Positions 27,445-36,803 are shown, numbered from the stretch's first letter. The stretch: DNA of 64,000 nucleotides from Candidatus Omnitrophota bacterium (GCA_041653835.1 JBAZEP010000001.1:19082-83081); one strand, 5' to 3'. Numbers and translations: made by a program. The notes: a model not told the origin generated them from the sequence alone.

Positions 27445-28018
27445 TACCCAGGCTTGTCCATGTCTTGGGGCCCACGACACCGTCCGGGACAAGGCCTTTT
27501 GACTTTTGAAAGTCTTTTATCGCCTGCCTTGTCCTGGGACCTATTTTACCGTCGATCGATCCTGGATCGAAACCCGCGTTTTTCAAAGCGGTCTGGATCT
27601 CTTTGGTGGTAGGCCTGAACTCGGAAACAGAAGCCTCTTTCTGTCTCGCCCCTTTTGTTTTAGGCGAATAGCCTTTCCTGGATTCGAGTATTTCTTTTGC
27701 CCTTCTTGAATCCTCAAGCTGGGTCAGGGTGGTCTTATCTATATAACCCGTGCTCTTGAGGCCTATGGATTCCTGGTACGCCTTTATGGCGTCGCGGGTC
27801 TCTTTACCCATCCTGCCGTCTGTATTGCCCGGCTCATAACCCTCGCTTTTCAATATGACCTGGACTTCTTCTATCTTCGGATTGATAATGTCAGTGCTTC
27901 CCACGAGTTTTTCCTCTTCCCGCTGGTACTGGACCGATTTAGGCACAATATTGCATCCATAGAAAGACAATGCCATCAATATGGCCGCAATAATATAACC
28001 TCTGTTCCTCATATTCAT
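27434..28018 (-). CDS. Lipoprotein with two peptidoglycan-binding (PG_binding_1-like) repeats
   Basis: Lipobox SFYGC. Two repeats of the form GxxDGxxGxxTRxAIKxFQxxxGL ... G.VGP.T. Confidence 0.6.
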   Translation of the reverse strand: MNMRNRGYIIAAILMALSFYGCNIVPKSVQYQREEEKLVGSTDIINPKIEEVQVILKSEGYEPGNTDGRMGKETRDAIKAYQESIGLKSTGYIDKTTLTQLEDSRRAKEILESRKGYSPKTKGARQKEASVSEFRPTTKEIQTALKNAGFDPGSIDGKIGPRTRQAIKDFQKSKGLVPDGVVGPKTWTSLGKYL

Positions 28019-28086
28019 TCCCCCTTTGTGATTTTTGGTTATTATAGCAAAAAATCCATGTAAAGTGAAGGGTTTAATGATAAAAT

Positions 28087-29334
28087 ATGCTTATGTTAAA
28101 ACAAATTATTTCATCCAAGTTTTGTCTTTCATGCGACGTGTGCTGCAGGTTCCTGGATATAAAAGCGCAACTGAGGCCTGTTTTTCTCCCGTTTGAAATA
28201 ACTTCCAGGATAAAGCCGCATCTGGACGAGACGCGCCGCGTAAAGTTAAAACCTTTCAAAAATATGTACACCTGCCGGTTTTTCGGCAAAACAGGCAATA
28301 AATGTTCTATTTACGCGAAAAGGCCTTTTGATTGCAGGCTTTACCCGTTTGCGATAATGTTCGATGAGAAAAGAGAAAACATCATCCTCGGCATAGATAA
28401 AAAATGCCCGTTTGCCGTAGAGCCCGGTAACGAAAGAACGATAAAAAACTATTTTCACTATCTCGTGGAGTTACTGGAAAGAAAAGATATCGCGTCTTCA
28501 ATAGCCGAGAATCCGGCATTCATAGGCGATTTTCAGGAAGACGTACTGCAATTCTCTTCCCTGGATACCCTTAAAAAACTCATCATCGATAATCCCGAAA
28601 AAAAAGGTTTTAAGGAAATTTCGCTGAAGGATAAAGCGCTGTTCGATGACTTTTTTAAAAAAACCGGGCGGATTGACTCTAGCAGGAATTTCGTAAGCCT
28701 CTACATCTGGAAAGAGAAAAACCCGGTCTGGTGGAAGATGAAAGACAAAAGCCCGGAGATACTGCTTGAGACAGAGTCCGGCTATATAGATTTCAATTCC
28801 CTGGAAAAATTCCAGGACTATATATACCTTAGAGAAGACCTGTCAAGCCTTAAAGGTAATAAATATAAACACAAAAGATCGGCGTGCAATTATTTCTCGA
28901 AAAATTATAAATTTAAATATCTCCCTTATAAACAAAGTATGAAGAATGACTGTTTTAAATTATTTTCAAAATGGGCTTCCGCCAGAAAACAAAAATTTCC
29001 GGATCTTTATTACTATAAACTTCTCGAGGATAGTTTTTCCGCTCATAAACTGGCGATAGAAAATTATAAAGCCCTAGGATTGACAGGCAGGGTCATAAAG
29101 ATAAGGGGAAAGATAGCCGCCTATACCTTTGGGTTTGAACTGAAGGAAGATATGTTCTGCATCCTGCTGGAAGTCTGCGATTTGAAATTCAAAGGCATCT
29201 CGGAATTTATTTTCAGGGAGTTCTGCGGGGAAATGGCTCAATATAAATACATCAACACCATGGACGACTCAGGCCTTGAAAACCTGCGTATATCAAAACT
29301 ATCTTACCATCCTGTTTATCCCCAGCAGATATGA
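28087..29334 (+). CDS. Fusion protein: YkgJ-type CxxCxxCC Fe-S/Zn-binding domain + C-terminal DUF2156-like (acyltransferase-fold) domain
   Basis: The N-terminus has CLSCDVCC ... C..C...RP.DCRLYP, the UPF0153/YkgJ signature. The C-terminal ~250 aa resemble the LPG-synthase C-terminal domain family; this assignment is tentative. Confidence 0.45.
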   Translation: MLMLKQIISSKFCLSCDVCCRFLDIKAQLRPVFLPFEITSRIKPHLDETRRVKLKPFKNMYTCRFFGKTGNKCSIYAKRPFDCRLYPFAIMFDEKRENIILGIDKKCPFAVEPGNERTIKNYFHYLVELLERKDIASSIAENPAFIGDFQEDVLQFSSLDTLKKLIIDNPEKKGFKEISLKDKALFDDFFKKTGRIDSSRNFVSLYIWKEKNPVWWKMKDKSPEILLETESGYIDFNSLEKFQDYIYLREDLSSLKGNKYKHKRSACNYFSKNYKFKYLPYKQSMKNDCFKLFSKWASARKQKFPDLYYYKLLEDSFSAHKLAIENYKALGLTGRVIKIRGKIAAYTFGFELKEDMFCILLEVCDLKFKGISEFIFREFCGEMAQYKYINTMDDSGLENLRISKLSYHPVYPQQI

Positions 29335-32300
29335 TCGAAATCGCAGTTACCGCACTTGTCTTTATCCCGGCAAGGAAGCTTCTCAAAACGCCGGTCCTGG
29401 ATATTTTTCCACGCGTTCTTTATAATAGCCGTCATCTCGTCCACCATGTCTTCCGTGAGCGCTACCCGGAATTCAGTGGGCTCAGCTTCCTTGATGCCGT
29501 ATTTTATCAGATTGGCTTTCGCGGGTTCCACAAATACAAGGACGCCGTGGCTTACAAGCGTATCCTTATCCTGCCTGGTCTTGTCCCTTTCGTACAAAAG
29601 TTTATAGCACACAAGCTGCCTCAGGTAGCCGTCACACTCCTCGCTTTCCAGGCCCTTGACCCCGAATATGCCTCTGGCGTGTTTATTGGGCTGGCCTGTT
29701 TTATAATCCACCACCCTTACACACTTATTTTTTTCGTCTTCCATCTCCAGTTTATCGTACTTACCCGTAAAAATTATACCATCTATATTGACAGGCATTT
29801 TATTCTCCAGGCCGATAGGCTTTACAGGCGACTTGGAAATCTTACTGTAATATTTCCTTAAGCCTTCGAACCTTTCTATGCAGTTCAGTTCTATTGCCTT
29901 TTCAGGGCCCTGGTATTTTAAAGTTTCTATGAACCTCTCCTTGAAAAATTGGAAATTCGGGAACTTTTTTGTCCTGATATATTCCCTGTACAGGTTTTCC
30001 AGGCCCGCATGCACCGCGTTTCCGAAAATAAGGCTTCGTTTTTTAGCCGAAGGCAGCATTAAGACATTGTCATAAAGGAACTTTCTCCTGCACCTGAGAT
30101 AGTTATCCAGACTTGTGGGGTTTAACGCCATGTCCCTGACCAGGTCGCTTAAAACCTTTTCTGTTCCGATAAATGGCTCCATGAGATCTGTTTTTTCAAG
30201 AAAACTTACCAGGATGTCTTCTTCTTTAAAGCCGGCCTCTTCGGACACTATGCCGAGTTTATGCAGGAATACGCTGGGAACGGAATTTTCCTCGGGACTC
30301 GCGGTAAAAACAATATTACTCCTTGCCCGCGATACAGCCACGTAAAAAAGCCTGGTCTCGTCATGAGCGCTCAATTCTTTGAGCCTTTCCCTGCTGTCAA
30401 CCTTTTCGACGGTTTTCATCAGGCCCCTGGGAAGCGGGATAGTGTCCGGCCTTGGTTTTATGGGCCAGCTTTTATCCTGGAGGCAGAACGGGATTATGAC
30501 ACTATGGAATTCCTGGCCTTTGGAACCATGCGCTGTAAAGATCCTTACTCCGTTTTGCGTCATTGTCACGAGTTCCCCCTGTAGCGCCATGCCATGTTCA
30601 TTCCTTGTCCTTATTTCCTCCACAAAATCCTTTAAAGTCATGCCGGGCTTTGACAGGTCCGAACTCTTTACCATATTTATAAAAGACGAAAGCGCCCTGA
30701 GTTCCCTGATCCTCATAACATCTTCTTTATCGTATTTCTCCAGGATATGCTTATAGATCCCTGCATCCTCTATATATTCCATCAGGATCGTATGCGCCGG
30801 CTTGAACGGGGAATTCTCAATAAGTTTTTTTATTATGTCCCTCGCGTTTTTCAGATTTTTTGAGAGCTCCTCAGAATTTAAAAGCTCCGATAATATCTTA
30901 GCGTCTTCTTTATTTCTCTTTTTTTTGTTGACCTTGGCTATCAGGCCCAGCGTATCCTCAAGCGGAATTTTAAAATAATCCGCCGTCAGGATCCTGTACA
31001 GGATCCTATCCCTGTCTTCATAATTCTCCGGCTCCAGGCCCGCGAGCTCCAATACATCCAGCATCTGCCTGACCCTGGGCTCTGGTCTTATGTCCTCTTT
31101 TCCGTCTGTCGCGTACGGGATGCCCGCCTGCAGAAATTTATCTATTACCCTTAATATCAGATCCCTTTTTCTGACCAGGACCGCTATATTATTGTAAGGA
31201 TTATTCCTGTCTTCGGGGCCCAGGTCTTTCGAGGATTCGATCTCAGCCTTGAACTCTTTTACTTTTTTCACGATAAAATTCAGCTCTTCGGCCTCCCGGG
31301 TAAACTCGTGATAGCTTATCGACTTTTTCCTGAAATCCACTATGTTTATGAGCTCTTTATCGCCTGTCCGTTCCGCTTCCGGCACCTCTTTTATTAATGT
31401 CCGGGCAAGTCCTATTATCTCTTTTGTCGATCGGTAGTTATTTTTCAAAGATATTGTCTCTATGTTTTTGAATTTCTTTTTCAGTTCCCTGAAATTACCT
31501 ACACTGGCGCCTTGGAACCTGTATATGGACTGGTCATCGTCTCCCACACAGCATATGTTCGGGCCGGCGCCTTTCAGCACGGAAAATAATAATTTAAGCT
31601 GGGCGCCATTCGTATCCTGGAACTCGTCCACCATAAAAAACTTATACTGGTCCTGGTATTTTTTCTTTAAAATCGGCTCGCTGTCCAGCGCGCGGATAGC
31701 CATCATTATCATATCGTCATAATCATATCTGCCCCGCTCGTCAAAAACCTCTTTATTGCCTTTGGATTTAAGTTTCTCGTACTGGTCATAGACAATAGCC
31801 AGCGCCTTTATCCTTGGTATATGTTTTTCCTCTATATGCACGCCGTCGGGTTTTATCGTCTTTACATATTCCAGGAATTCCTTCGGGTCCACGCCCTCCC
31901 TTTTAAGGTCGCTTATCTTTTTCTGTATCTCTTTCTCGTAACTATACGGCGCGTTGAAAGGCCTTATTTCAGAGATGCCCTGGGCGTGATCCAGGATATA
32001 CTCTATTGCCCTCACCTGCTCGATATCCTCTATCTGTATCCTCTCCTGGATATAATTAGCCGCTTCCTCGGAATCCAGCAGAATCGAATTCGCGAAACTA
32101 TGGAATGTCGCGACATATATGTCATAACCCTTAAATCCTATGATCTTCGCGAGCCGCTCTTTCATTGCCTTGGCTGCTGCGTTCGTGTAAGTAAGTATCA
32201 GGATATTTTCCGGAAGGGCTTTTTCAAGACGTATTATATTCGCGGCGCGCACCGAGAGTATCTGGGTCTTGCCTGTCCCTGGCCCAGCGAGCACCAGCAC

Positions 32301-32375
32301 CGGGCCTTCAACAGCATCCACCGCTTTTTTCTGCTCTATATTCAATTCTTTATAGAATTTTTCAAAATTTTTCAT
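29316..32375 (-). CDS. UvrD/PcrA-family SF1 helicase fused to a C-terminal Cas4/AddB-type PD-(D/E)XK nuclease with a 4-Cys Fe-S cluster
   Basis: The N-terminal Walker A is AGPGTGKT. The C-terminal domain has an early Cys (YLRCRRKF), DYK and QLVCY motifs, and a CRDKDKCGNCDFDHIC triad, which is the Cas4/AddB iron-sulfur nuclease signature. Confidence 0.75.
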   Translation of the reverse strand: MKNFEKFYKELNIEQKKAVDAVEGPVLVLAGPGTGKTQILSVRAANIIRLEKALPENILILTYTNAAAKAMKERLAKIIGFKGYDIYVATFHSFANSILLDSEEAANYIQERIQIEDIEQVRAIEYILDHAQGISEIRPFNAPYSYEKEIQKKISDLKREGVDPKEFLEYVKTIKPDGVHIEEKHIPRIKALAIVYDQYEKLKSKGNKEVFDERGRYDYDDMIMMAIRALDSEPILKKKYQDQYKFFMVDEFQDTNGAQLKLLFSVLKGAGPNICCVGDDDQSIYRFQGASVGNFRELKKKFKNIETISLKNNYRSTKEIIGLARTLIKEVPEAERTGDKELINIVDFRKKSISYHEFTREAEELNFIVKKVKEFKAEIESSKDLGPEDRNNPYNNIAVLVRKRDLILRVIDKFLQAGIPYATDGKEDIRPEPRVRQMLDVLELAGLEPENYEDRDRILYRILTADYFKIPLEDTLGLIAKVNKKKRNKEDAKILSELLNSEELSKNLKNARDIIKKLIENSPFKPAHTILMEYIEDAGIYKHILEKYDKEDVMRIRELRALSSFINMVKSSDLSKPGMTLKDFVEEIRTRNEHGMALQGELVTMTQNGVRIFTAHGSKGQEFHSVIIPFCLQDKSWPIKPRPDTIPLPRGLMKTVEKVDSRERLKELSAHDETRLFYVAVSRARSNIVFTASPEENSVPSVFLHKLGIVSEEAGFKEEDILVSFLEKTDLMEPFIGTEKVLSDLVRDMALNPTSLDNYLRCRRKFLYDNVLMLPSAKKRSLIFGNAVHAGLENLYREYIRTKKFPNFQFFKERFIETLKYQGPEKAIELNCIERFEGLRKYYSKISKSPVKPIGLENKMPVNIDGIIFTGKYDKLEMEDEKNKCVRVVDYKTGQPNKHARGIFGVKGLESEECDGYLRQLVCYKLLYERDKTRQDKDTLVSHGVLVFVEPAKANLIKYGIKEAEPTEFRVALTEDMVDEMTAIIKNAWKNIQDRRFEKLPCRDKDKCGNCDFDHICWG

Positions 32376-32387
32376 ATCAAAACGCCT

Positions 32388-32428
32388 AAGGGAACATTTA
32401 AGACATTGTCTTAAATGTTCCCTTAGAG
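32388..32428. repeat. 41-bp perfect palindrome (20-bp arms CTAAGGGAACATTTAAGACA / TGTCTTAAATGTTCCCTTAG)
   Basis: Lies between the helicase-nuclease start and the flavin reductase stop. Its centre is GACAtTGTC. Confidence 0.6.
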
Positions 32429-32989
32429 CTGTTTGCCGATGGAAAAGGCGGAACCCAGGCGTTTGCCCACACCGTGATAAGTATAAACTTCCGGATCGTA
32501 TAGAAAAGGCTTTACTTTCTCGATATCGGGCAAGCCGTCTTTCCCCAGTATATCTTCCTCTGCTTTAATATCCAATATCTCTCCTATAAACTGCGTGTGG
32601 AGGCCTATTTCCACGGTATTAATGACCCTGCATTCCAAAATAAGTGGAAATTCTTTTATATACGGCGCGTCTACCAGCTCGCTTTTTACCGGGGTCAATT
32701 TTGTCCTCGCGAATTTATCCTCATTCTTCCCGGACACAAGCCCGAAATAATCAGCCTCTTTCACGTATTTTTCAGAAGGGACATTGACTGTAAAGGCTTT
32801 TTTATCCATGATATTTCCGTAAGAATATGTAGCCTTGCGCAGGGATATCCCAACGCATGGAGGCCTTGAACAGCAAACTCCGCCCCACGCCACAGCAGCC
32901 GCGTTCGCCTTCCCGCTTTTATCGTAACTTCCTATGATCCAGACAGGGGTCGGGAAAACAAGGGCCTTAGCACCTAATGATTTTTTCAT
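32423..32989 (-). CDS. Flavin reductase-like FMN-binding protein
   Basis: 188 aa with a flavin_reduct fold (FPTPVWIIGSYD...NAAAVAWGGVC). Confidence 0.7.
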   Translation of the reverse strand: MKKSLGAKALVFPTPVWIIGSYDKSGKANAAAVAWGGVCCSRPPCVGISLRKATYSYGNIMDKKAFTVNVPSEKYVKEADYFGLVSGKNEDKFARTKLTPVKSELVDAPYIKEFPLILECRVINTVEIGLHTQFIGEILDIKAEEDILGKDGLPDIEKVKPFLYDPEVYTYHGVGKRLGSAFSIGKQL

Positions 32990-33035
32990 AACGCACCTCT
33001 CTATTTTGGAGCTATATTATAACACTCTTATTTAA

Positions 33036-33096
33036 AGACGTCTACCTAACTGATGGGAGTCGGACTCCCTATGGGAGTCCGACTCCCATAGTCTAC
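33036..33096. promoter_or_regulatory. Tandem twin 15-bp perfect palindromes GGGAGTCGGACTCCC and GGGAGTCCGACTCCC, flanked by direct GTCTAC repeats (candidate operator pair)
   Basis: The palindromes lie at 33055-33069 and 33073-33087, 18 bp centre to centre. GTCTAC occurs at 33040-45 and 33091-96. They sit in the divergent region between the flavin reductase gene and the NSS transporter, directly upstream of the -35 box. Confidence 0.5.
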
Positions 33097-33101
33097 AGCG
33101 A

Positions 33102-33130
33102 TTGACAGATGCGCTGCTATTGAGTATAAT
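33102..33130 (+). promoter_or_regulatory. Perfect-consensus sigma70 promoter TTGACA-N17-TATAAT giving a (near-)leaderless transporter mRNA
   Basis: The -35 box is at 33102-33107 and the -10 box at 33125-33130. ATG at 33141 lies only ~10 nt after the -10 box and no SD is present. Confidence 0.55.
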
Positions 33131-33140
33131 TTTCTATAGC

Positions 33141-34694
33141 ATGAAAAAACGAGATAGCTGGAAATCAAGGCTCGGGATAATCATGGCTGTCGCGGGCAGC
33201 GCCATAGGCCTGGGGAATTTCCTGCGTTTCCCTGTCCAGGCCGGCCAGAACGGCGGCGGGGCATTCATGATCCCGTATTTCATATCCATTATCCTCCTGG
33301 GCATACCCCTAATGTGGATTGAATGGACCATTGGCAGGTTCGGCGGAGGTTTCGGCCACGGAACCGCGCCCGGGATATTCCACAACATGTGGACAAAGAA
33401 CAGGTTCATAAAATATTTCGGGGTAATAGGCATATTCGGGCCTCTTGTAATTTTCATATATTACACCTACATAGAATCATGGACGCTTGCGTACGCGTTT
33501 TTTTCCCTGACCGAAAAATACGGGCAGGTCGCCGGCCAGGATACAATGGTATCCCTTTTAAAAGGGTTTCAGGGCCTTGAGAAAAATCAGTTTTTCTCGG
33601 ATATGCGATATGCGTATGTATTCTTCCTTATAACTTTCTGCGTCAACACCTGGATTATCTATAAGGGCATATCGGGCGGCATAGAAAAGATCTGTAAAAT
33701 AGCCCTGCCCGTACTTTTTATATTCGGCGTGATACTGGCAATAAGGGTATTGACCCTGGGCGCGCCGGATCCTTTGAAACCCGATTGGAATATACTGAAC
33801 GGGTTAGGATGGCTTTGGAACCCTGATTTCTCTTCACTTAAAGACGCTAAGGTATGGCTGGCGGCCGCGGGCCAGGTACTCTTTACGCTGAGCGTCGGCA
33901 TCGGAGTTATACTTACCTACGCGAGTTACCTCAAAAAAACAGACGATATCGTGCTTTCCGGCCTCACAGCCGCGAGCACGAATGAATTCGCTGAGGTTAT
34001 ATTAGGATCATCGATAATAATACCGGCGGCGTTCGCGTTCTTCGGGCCCGTAGACATAACGAATATAGCCAAGAGCGGAGCGTTCAACCTCGGGTTCGTG
34101 ACAATGCCTCTTATATTTGACAAGGTATCTCTCGGCGCGTTTTTCGGATGCCTATGGTTCCTGCTGCTGTTCCTGGCTGGGATAACCTCATCCATATCCT
34201 TGGCCCAACCCGCGGTAACATTCCTTGAGGATGAATTCAATATCTCTAAGAAAAAAGCTGTTATTATTTTCGGAGCCGCCTCTTTTATATTATGCCAGCC
34301 CGCCATATTCTTCCTTAAAAACGGGGTCGTGAACGAACTGGATTTCTGGGGCGGGACATTCTGCCTCGTATTATTCGCCGCGGTAGAGGTCATACTTTTC
34401 GGATGGATCTTCGGCATGGAAAAAGCATGGGAGGAGATACATCACGGCGCGGACATGAAACTTCCTCGCGTATATAAGTTCATAATGAAATACATAACTC
34501 CTTTATTCCTTATATTCATACTCATCGCGTGGTTTTATCAGCAGGCTATACCGATTCTCTTCATGAGAGGAATAGAACAAAGCGATAAGCCTTATATATT
34601 AGGTATAAGGCTTATGCTTTTGGGGATTTTTTTCACCCTGGCGGTCCTCGTAAAAATCGCCTGGCAAAAAAGAAAAACCAAGGTTAAGACATGA
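33141..34694 (+). CDS. Sodium-dependent transporter, SNF/NSS (neurotransmitter:sodium symporter) family
   Basis: N-terminus WKSRLGIIMAVAGSAIGLGNFLRFPVQAGQNGGGAFMIPY plus 11-12 TM helices. Start was moved to ATG 33141; the ORF-track start at 33102 is a TTG inside the -35 box. Confidence 0.9.
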   Translation: MKKRDSWKSRLGIIMAVAGSAIGLGNFLRFPVQAGQNGGGAFMIPYFISIILLGIPLMWIEWTIGRFGGGFGHGTAPGIFHNMWTKNRFIKYFGVIGIFGPLVIFIYYTYIESWTLAYAFFSLTEKYGQVAGQDTMVSLLKGFQGLEKNQFFSDMRYAYVFFLITFCVNTWIIYKGISGGIEKICKIALPVLFIFGVILAIRVLTLGAPDPLKPDWNILNGLGWLWNPDFSSLKDAKVWLAAAGQVLFTLSVGIGVILTYASYLKKTDDIVLSGLTAASTNEFAEVILGSSIIIPAAFAFFGPVDITNIAKSGAFNLGFVTMPLIFDKVSLGAFFGCLWFLLLFLAGITSSISLAQPAVTFLEDEFNISKKKAVIIFGAASFILCQPAIFFLKNGVVNELDFWGGTFCLVLFAAVEVILFGWIFGMEKAWEEIHHGADMKLPRVYKFIMKYITPLFLIFILIAWFYQQAIPILFMRGIEQSDKPYILGIRLMLLGIFFTLAVLVKIAWQKRKTKVKT

Positions 34695-34786
34695 ACACAT
34701 CCGGCTGGCTGTTCCTGATTACATCGTGGGGGATCATTATAACTCTTGCCGTATATTGCTTCAGCAAGGTCCTGTCCAAAAAATAA
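34691..34786 (+). CDS. Possible 31-aa single-TM peptide translationally coupled to the transporter (ATGA overlap)
   Basis: Sequence MNTSGWLFLITSWGIIITLAVYCFSKVLSKK. Its ATG overlaps the transporter stop codon TGA. It is below the ORF-track size cutoff. Small hydrophobic subunits downstream of Na+ symporters are known. Confidence 0.3.
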   Translation: MNTSGWLFLITSWGIIITLAVYCFSKVLSKK

Positions 34787-34794
34787 CTGCTTCC

Positions 34795-34980
34795 TTATTC
34801 TATGATTATCGCCTCGACAGGGCATTCGTCTTTGGCCTGTTTGGCGCAATCCTCGCTCGCGGGAGGAACTACCGCTGCCTTTACAACCGCTTTATCATCT
34901 TTCATTTCAAAAACATCCGCGCATGTATTGACGCACAACCCGCATCCAACGCATAGCTCCTGGTCGACTTTTGCTTTCAT
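34795..34980 (-). CDS. 4Fe-4S ferredoxin
   Basis: MKAKVDQELCVGCGLCVNTCADVF...CAKQAKDECPVEAIII carries the CxxCxxCxxxC...C cluster motif. Start was chosen at MKAK; the ORF track starts 10 aa upstream. Confidence 0.7.
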   Translation of the reverse strand: MKAKVDQELCVGCGLCVNTCADVFEMKDDKAVVKAAVVPPASEDCAKQAKDECPVEAIIIE

Positions 34981-35046
34981 TTTATTCTCCTCTCGGTTAA
35001 AATTACCCACATATGATATATTTGAGCTTTTCTATTGTCAATAAAA

Positions 35047-36171
35047 TTATTCCGGGGAAAGACGAGTGATAAACTCCGCGAACATCATGTCCTGGATGTA
35101 AAAACCGTTTTTATCCGCTCTTTTGACAAGCCCCTTCTCTTCCAGGCGATAAAGAAAATTTTTTATGTTGGCTATGGGAAATTTCCTGGCGTGGCTGCCC
35201 ACGATCATCATGGTGGTAAAATCTTTTATGGTCAGGGGCCTTTTTTCTTCGGCGAGTATTTTCAACAGGTCTTTTTCCCTGTCACTGGCCTTTGACAAAA
35301 GGAAATCAAAATAATCTTTCCCTAATTCCTTCAGCGTCCTCGTAAGAGCGCTGTCCCATACACCGGCCTCTACCTTGCCCTCTATCTGACTGTCGTAGAG
35401 ATGGCTCGCCAGAAGTTGGACTTCATACGGATGACCAAGGGTATATTCGAAAATGTACTTTTTTACCTTATCTTCGAACGCAACGCCCGTGCCTTTCAGG
35501 GTCATGTCTATGGTAGCTGAGACTTCTTTTTCTTTTAAATTTTCCACGTTCAGTCTCTTCCTGAAGAACCTCCCGACAGGGTCATGTTTATCGATAAACG
35601 CGGCCCAGCCAGCGGGCGTGGAAGAAAGTATAAACATAAATCTTGTCTCTTTGACTATATCATCACTGCTTAAAACCGCTCTTAAAATATCTATTGTATT
35701 CGATACCTCCATAAGATTCTGCGCGTCATCCAGCAAAATAATCGCCAGTTTCGCGTCCAGCGCCTTCCACAACCCGAGCAGAAATTTCGTAAATTGGACC
35801 TGGGGATTGGATAGGGACTTTTTTTTGGAAAACAGCTCCGGGATTTTTTCCTGGAAACTCCCGGCTTCGGGAAAACCCATCACCATCTCCTCGGCTATCA
35901 GATGGACCGCGTCGAGCGCGTTATTCTTAGCGGTAAACCTCGAAAGCCCGCAGAAAGCCGCGGGCATGCCTTTTTCCCTGGCCACCCTCCTGAATTGCTT
36001 TAAAAGCGATGTCTTTCCCGCGCCCCACTCTCCCAGCACTACCAGATGACTTGGCCGTGACCTTGCGGCTTCTTCCAGGTTTGACCTGAATTCTTCTAAT
36101 TCACTGTTCCTGCCGCCGAATATCTTCGGCTCCCAGCCTGATTGAGGGGTAAAAGGGTTTGGAGATATCAT
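35047..36171 (-). CDS. AAA ATPase of the archaeal-type ATPase family (PF01637-like) with C-terminal winged-helix domain
   Basis: NPFTPQSGW...FGGRNSELEEF precedes Walker A GEWGAGKTS. Walker B is IILLDDAQ. The C-terminus has a wHTH (LYRLEEKGLVKR). Confidence 0.6.
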   Translation of the reverse strand: MISPNPFTPQSGWEPKIFGGRNSELEEFRSNLEEAARSRPSHLVVLGEWGAGKTSLLKQFRRVAREKGMPAAFCGLSRFTAKNNALDAVHLIAEEMVMGFPEAGSFQEKIPELFSKKKSLSNPQVQFTKFLLGLWKALDAKLAIILLDDAQNLMEVSNTIDILRAVLSSDDIVKETRFMFILSSTPAGWAAFIDKHDPVGRFFRKRLNVENLKEKEVSATIDMTLKGTGVAFEDKVKKYIFEYTLGHPYEVQLLASHLYDSQIEGKVEAGVWDSALTRTLKELGKDYFDFLLSKASDREKDLLKILAEEKRPLTIKDFTTMMIVGSHARKFPIANIKNFLYRLEEKGLVKRADKNGFYIQDMMFAEFITRLSPE

Positions 36172-36803
36172 ATAGTAAAAGCAGACGGACACAATTTATT
36201 TATCTTGCATTCGCCGCATAATGGTTTTCTCGCGTTACAAATCTTTCTTCCATGTAATATCAATAGATGGGAAAAGACCCTCCAGCCCCTGCGCGGTACT
36301 ATTTTCATCAGGTCTTCTTCTATCTTTTCGGCATTAGAATTTCCCGTCAGACCAAGCCTTCCGGATAACCTTATCACATGGGTATCTACCACTATCCCGG
36401 CTGTTATACCGAACCCTGAAGAAAGGATCACATTCGCCGTCTTCCTGCCTATGCCGGGCAGGGACGTCAAACTATCCATACTATCCGGCACTCTGCCTTT
36501 AAAATCGCTCAATATCTTTTTCGCGGAACCGATTATTCCCTTTGCTTTATTCTTATAAAAACCTGTAGAATGTATATCTTTTTCAAATTCTTTAACATCT
36601 GCTCTCGCGAAATCAGCTACCGTTTTATATTTCTTAAATAACCCCGGCGTCACCTGGTTCACTCTTACATCCGTGCACTGCGCGGAAAGTATAGTGGCTA
36701 CCAAAAGCTGCCAGGGATCTTTAAATTTGAGCGCTATCCTGGCGTTGGGATATTCTTTTTTCAAAATTGCTATTATCTTTTTAACTCTTTTTAATGCTTT
36801 CAT
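36168..36803 (-). CDS. nth: Endonuclease III (DNA glycosylase/AP lyase, HhH-GPD with 4Fe-4S)
   Basis: HhH motif LPGIGRKTANVIL. Catalytic Lys/Asp context. C-terminal CxxxxxxCxxCxxxxxC (CNARKPLCGECKINKLC). Confidence 0.9.
   Translation of the reverse strand: MKALKRVKKIIAILKKEYPNARIALKFKDPWQLLVATILSAQCTDVRVNQVTPGLFKKYKTVADFARADVKEFEKDIHSTGFYKNKAKGIIGSAKKILSDFKGRVPDSMDSLTSLPGIGRKTANVILSSGFGITAGIVVDTHVIRLSGRLGLTGNSNAEKIEEDLMKIVPRRGWRVFSHLLILHGRKICNARKPLCGECKINKLCPSAFTI

Noticed and set aside
33102-33140. ORF-track start of the transporter at 33102 (a TTG).
   Set aside because: That TTG is the first three bases of a perfect -35 hexamer, TTGACA. The promoter geometry makes ATG 33141 the real start.
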